Below, in pieces: positions 58,313-64,000 of a stretch of 64,000 nucleotides of DNA (within the stretch, counting starts at the first letter, position 1; each line of letters opens with the position of its first letter). The stretch lies in the NCBI GenBank assembly GCA_963773315.1, contig CAVZAF010000010.1, forward strand, positions 117,519 to 181,518, given 5' to 3'. The stretch is from an uncultured Acidimicrobiales bacterium. Its GTDB lineage: Bacteria > Actinomycetota > Acidimicrobiia > Acidimicrobiales > DATKAS01. The notes below the pieces were generated by a model. The model made no database searches. It saw nothing but the letters and a program-made list of their open reading frames with translations, and was not told the DNA's origin. Position numbers and translations under genes: made by a program.

Positions 58313-58984
58313 GTGATCACGTTGGCGTGTCTGGACATGGCGGGAACCACTGTCGCCGACGGGGGCGCGGTCGAGTCGTCGTTCGTCGACGCGATGGTCC
58401 GGAGTGGCGTTGCCGAAGAGAGCGAGCAGATGCGGGCCGCGCTCGACTTTGTGCGCGAGTCGATGGGCCAGTCGAAGATCGTCGTCTTCCGGCACCTGTT
58501 CGCCGGGAACGAGATGCGTGCCACTCGCGCCAACGATGCCTTCGAAGCCGCGTACGCGCGGGCGGTCGACGATGGCGGCGTAGGTCCCCTGCCCGGGGCG
58601 ACGGGTGTGTTCGCCGAGCTCCGCGAGATGGGCGTGAAGGTGTGCCTTACGACCGGCTTCGCGCCGCCGACCCGCGACCGCATCATCGACGCGCTCCACT
58701 GGCACACGCTCGTCGACCTCGTGCTCTCACCGGCGGACGCGGGTCGAGGCCGACCGGCTCCCGACATGATCCTTACCGCGGTGCTCCGCCTCGAGATCGA
58801 GGCGGTCTACGACGTTGCCGTCGCGGGCGACACCGTGAGCGACCTCGTCTCGGGCACTCGCGCGGGTGCGGGCGTCGTGGCCGGAGTGCTCACCGGTGCG
58901 CACGGCCGCAGCCAGCTCGAGGCGGCGCCACACACCCACATCGTCGACTCGATCGCCGATCTGCCGGTCGTTTTGCGAGGCTGA
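58313..58984 (+). CDS. Phosphonatase-like HAD hydrolase
   Basis: LDMAGTTV, TTGF, GRPAPDM, GDTVSD. Confidence 0.88.
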   Translation: MITLACLDMAGTTVADGGAVESSFVDAMVRSGVAEESEQMRAALDFVRESMGQSKIVVFRHLFAGNEMRATRANDAFEAAYARAVDDGGVGPLPGATGVFAELREMGVKVCLTTGFAPPTRDRIIDALHWHTLVDLVLSPADAGRGRPAPDMILTAVLRLEIEAVYDVAVAGDTVSDLVSGTRAGAGVVAGVLTGAHGRSQLEAAPHTHIVDSIADLPVVLRG

Positions 58985-59016
58985 GCAGCCAGACCTGCCA
59001 GGTAACCTCGGCGCCC

Positions 59017-60324
59017 ATGCCCGCAGCGGATCTCGACCAGGTCGTCAACCTGTGCAAGCGACGGGGCTTCGTGTTCCCGTCGGCCGAGATCTACGGCGGA
59101 TTCCGCTCGACCTACGACTACGGCCCTCTCGGCGCGCTCATGCTCCGCAACGTGAAGGACGCTTGGGTGCGGGCGATGGTGCAACAGCGCGACGACATCG
59201 TGCTGCTCGACGCCGCGATCTTGTCGCCGCCCGCGATCTGGGAGGCGAGCGGCCACCTGCAGAACTTCACCGATCCGCTCGTCGACTGCACGGTGTGCAA
59301 CCGGCGGTTCCGTGAAGACCAGCTCGACCAGCGCGACTGCCCGCGCGACTTCAAAGTGTGCGACTTCACGCCGGCACGTGCGTTCAACTTGATGTTCAAG
59401 ACGCACGCCGGCCCGGTGGAGGACGAGGGCGCAGTCGCGTATCTGCGTCCCGAGACCGCGCAGGGCATGTTCACGAACTTCGCCAACGTCCTGCAGGCGA
59501 CACGCAAGAAGCCTCCGTTCGGCATCGGGCAGGTCGGCAAGTCGTTCCGCAACGAGATCACGCCGGGCAACTTCGTGTTCCGCACCCGTGAGTTCGAGCA
59601 GATGGAGCTCGAGTTCTTCGTGCCGCCCGACGACGCCCCGAAGTGGTACGAGTTCTGGTCCGCGGAGCGGCTGCGCTGGTACACCGACCTCGGCATCCCT
59701 GACGACATGCTCCGGCTGCGCGCCCACGATCCAGACGAGCTGTCGCACTACTCAGCCGGCACGTCTGACGTCGAGTTCAGCTACCCCTGGGGTTGGGGCG
59801 AGCTCGAGGGCATCGCGAACCGCACCGACTACGACCTCACGCAGCACGCCAAGTTCTCGGGGCAGCGCCTCGAGTACTTCGACCAGACGACGAACGAGCA
59901 CTACGTGCCCTATGTGATCGAGCCCGCGGCGGGCGCGACCAGGGCGATGATGGCGTTCCTGCTCGCCGCCTACGACGAGGACGAGATCGGCGGCGAGTCG
60001 CGCACCGTCTTGCGCCTCCACCCCCGCCTCGCTCCGTACAAGGTCGCGGTGCTGCCGCTGTCGAAGAAGGACACGCTCACACCCATCGCCCGTGAGGTGC
60101 TCGGCCTCGTGCAGCAGCGGTGGATGGCGGACTACGACGACACCCAGTCGATCGGTCGGCGCTACCGCCGTCAGGACGAGATCGGCACGCCGCTCGCGGT
60201 GACGGTCGACTTCGAGTCGCTCGAAGACCGCGCGGTCACGATCCGCGACCGCGACACCACCGAGCAGGTGCGCGTGCCGATCGACTCGCTGGTCGACGAG
60301 CTCACGAGCCGCCTGGGCCTGTAG
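59017..60324 (+). CDS. glyQS: Glycine--tRNA ligase (homodimeric type)
   Basis: YDYGPLG, LRPETAQG, FRNEITPG, IGRRYRRQDEIGTP. Confidence 0.97.
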   Translation: MPAADLDQVVNLCKRRGFVFPSAEIYGGFRSTYDYGPLGALMLRNVKDAWVRAMVQQRDDIVLLDAAILSPPAIWEASGHLQNFTDPLVDCTVCNRRFREDQLDQRDCPRDFKVCDFTPARAFNLMFKTHAGPVEDEGAVAYLRPETAQGMFTNFANVLQATRKKPPFGIGQVGKSFRNEITPGNFVFRTREFEQMELEFFVPPDDAPKWYEFWSAERLRWYTDLGIPDDMLRLRAHDPDELSHYSAGTSDVEFSYPWGWGELEGIANRTDYDLTQHAKFSGQRLEYFDQTTNEHYVPYVIEPAAGATRAMMAFLLAAYDEDEIGGESRTVLRLHPRLAPYKVAVLPLSKKDTLTPIAREVLGLVQQRWMADYDDTQSIGRRYRRQDEIGTPLAVTVDFESLEDRAVTIRDRDTTEQVRVPIDSLVDELTSRLGL

Positions 60325-60327
60325 GGG

Positions 60328-61398
60328 TCAGTCCACGAACCGCCGCGTCCGCGCCACGAGCGCGAGGCCGGCGAGCATCGCGACGAGCGCTGCGACGAGC
60401 AGCCCGCCCGTCGGAGAGCCAGTCGTCGGCAGGGACGGAGCCGTCGTGGGCGCAGACGACGTTGGCGCGGTCGTCGGCGGCGTCTCAGGCGGGAAGACCG
60501 GGAGCGTCTGGACGACGACGAGGGTCGTCGTGGTCGATGCGGCCGTCGTGGTCGTCGTGCTGCCCCCCGCGATCGTCGTCGACGTCGTTGCCTGTTCGGG
60601 CAGCTCGGGGCGCGCGAGGCCGAAGAAAGTGTTCCTCACCGTCAACACGAGGTCGTCCCCTGCGTGAGACGTGAATGTGACCGCGGTCGTACCGGACGCG
60701 ATCGGGACGCCGTGGTTCGCGATGACCATCGACACCTGGACGTTGCTGTCGGAGCCAGTGTCGATCTCGCTGATCGTGCACGTCGCGGGCGGGATGCTGC
60801 CCTGGCCGATGATGTAGGTGCCCGGGCCGCCCGGGCCCACGGGCGGTTCGATGTCGATGTCGAGTTCGAGCGCAGGGCAGGTGATGTGGAACTGCGCGGG
60901 CCGGGTCCACGTGCTCGTGTCGCCGGTGACGATCTTCTGCCCAAGGATCGCCGCGCGCGTCACCGTGTCAGTGAATGTGCAGGCGATGACCGTGTCCGCC
61001 ACGTCCACCTGCACGCTGTTGCCCTGGACCTGCATCTGCTGCCCCCCGCAAACGACGGAGGTCAGCTCCCACACCGACTGACCGTTTTCGTCGGCGGGCG
61101 CAGTCTCGGTGATCGTGTAGGTGCCAGGCGTCAGTGGAGGCAGCGCCGGCAGTGCTGGCGTCGGCGTGTTCTCGGCGAGGACGTCCGCCTGCAGCGTTGT
61201 CGTGCCCGTGATGCCTGGCCCCGTGACTTCGAAGGTCGCGGGCGCTGTGCCGCCGATCTCGACCTTGTCGATGGCGATCCCGCCGGGCGCCGCCTGAGCG
61301 CCCGCCTGAGCGGCGAAGACGCTCACGCCTGCCGCGACGATGACAACAGAAATGACTGCGCGCACGAGCGTGAGGTGCGCCCCAACTCCGGAAGGCAT
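60328..61398 (-). CDS. Secreted LPXTG-anchored surface protein with Ig/prealbumin-like domains
   Basis: Signal peptide, GTYTITE motif, Thr-rich linker, LPTTG + TM + RTRR. Confidence 0.8.
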   Translation of the reverse strand: MPSGVGAHLTLVRAVISVVIVAAGVSVFAAQAGAQAAPGGIAIDKVEIGGTAPATFEVTGPGITGTTTLQADVLAENTPTPALPALPPLTPGTYTITETAPADENGQSVWELTSVVCGGQQMQVQGNSVQVDVADTVIACTFTDTVTRAAILGQKIVTGDTSTWTRPAQFHITCPALELDIDIEPPVGPGGPGTYIIGQGSIPPATCTISEIDTGSDSNVQVSMVIANHGVPIASGTTAVTFTSHAGDDLVLTVRNTFFGLARPELPEQATTSTTIAGGSTTTTTAASTTTTLVVVQTLPVFPPETPPTTAPTSSAPTTAPSLPTTGSPTGGLLVAALVAMLAGLALVARTRRFVD

Positions 61399-61491
61399 CG
61401 GGCGAGCATTGTGGGTGACGGCCGATTCGGCAACTTTGACCTGGGACGATGGGCCGGGAAGGCCCGAATGCCCGCCAAGTAGGCTCGCTCT

Positions 61492-64000
<2,509 letters not shown>

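Overview
High-GC Actinomycetota chromosome segment, most likely class Acidimicrobiia (inferred from gene order and content). Left third (1-14.5 kb): housekeeping genes rsmD'-coaD-yceD-rpmF-plsX-acpP-rnc-mutM-smc-ftsY-ffh-rpsP-khpA-rimM-trmD-rplS-DUF2469-yraN. Middle (14.5-41 kb): accessory stress and repair genes around tRNA-Cys(GCA). These include three ArsR/SRPBCC modules with visible operators, DinB/TIGR03086 proteins, Ku plus a ligase-less LigD (PE-Pol), AlkA/Ogt/AlkZ-like repair genes, LuxR and WYL regulators, a stand-alone adenylate cyclase and an orphan N4-C/N6-A methyltransferase fused to a degenerate nuclease-like domain. 41-49 kb: a Tad/Flp pilus operon divergent from a BldC/Xis-type HTH gene. 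Both divergent promoters are overlapped by 10-bp-phased direct repeats, and an adjacent gene encodes a tandem Sm-fold-like protein. This is the best candidate for an undescribed regulatory system. Right end: phoH-ybeY-corC-era, dinG (G-tract repeat over its start), uppS-recO, glyQS, an LPXTG protein and a partial ppdK. Single-base frameshifts in smc, the DivIVA-like gene, ku, ligD, the APH-like gene and tadZ look like long-read errors rather than biology. No integrase, transposase, CRISPR array or rRNA was seen. All family calls are from motif recognition, not database searches.
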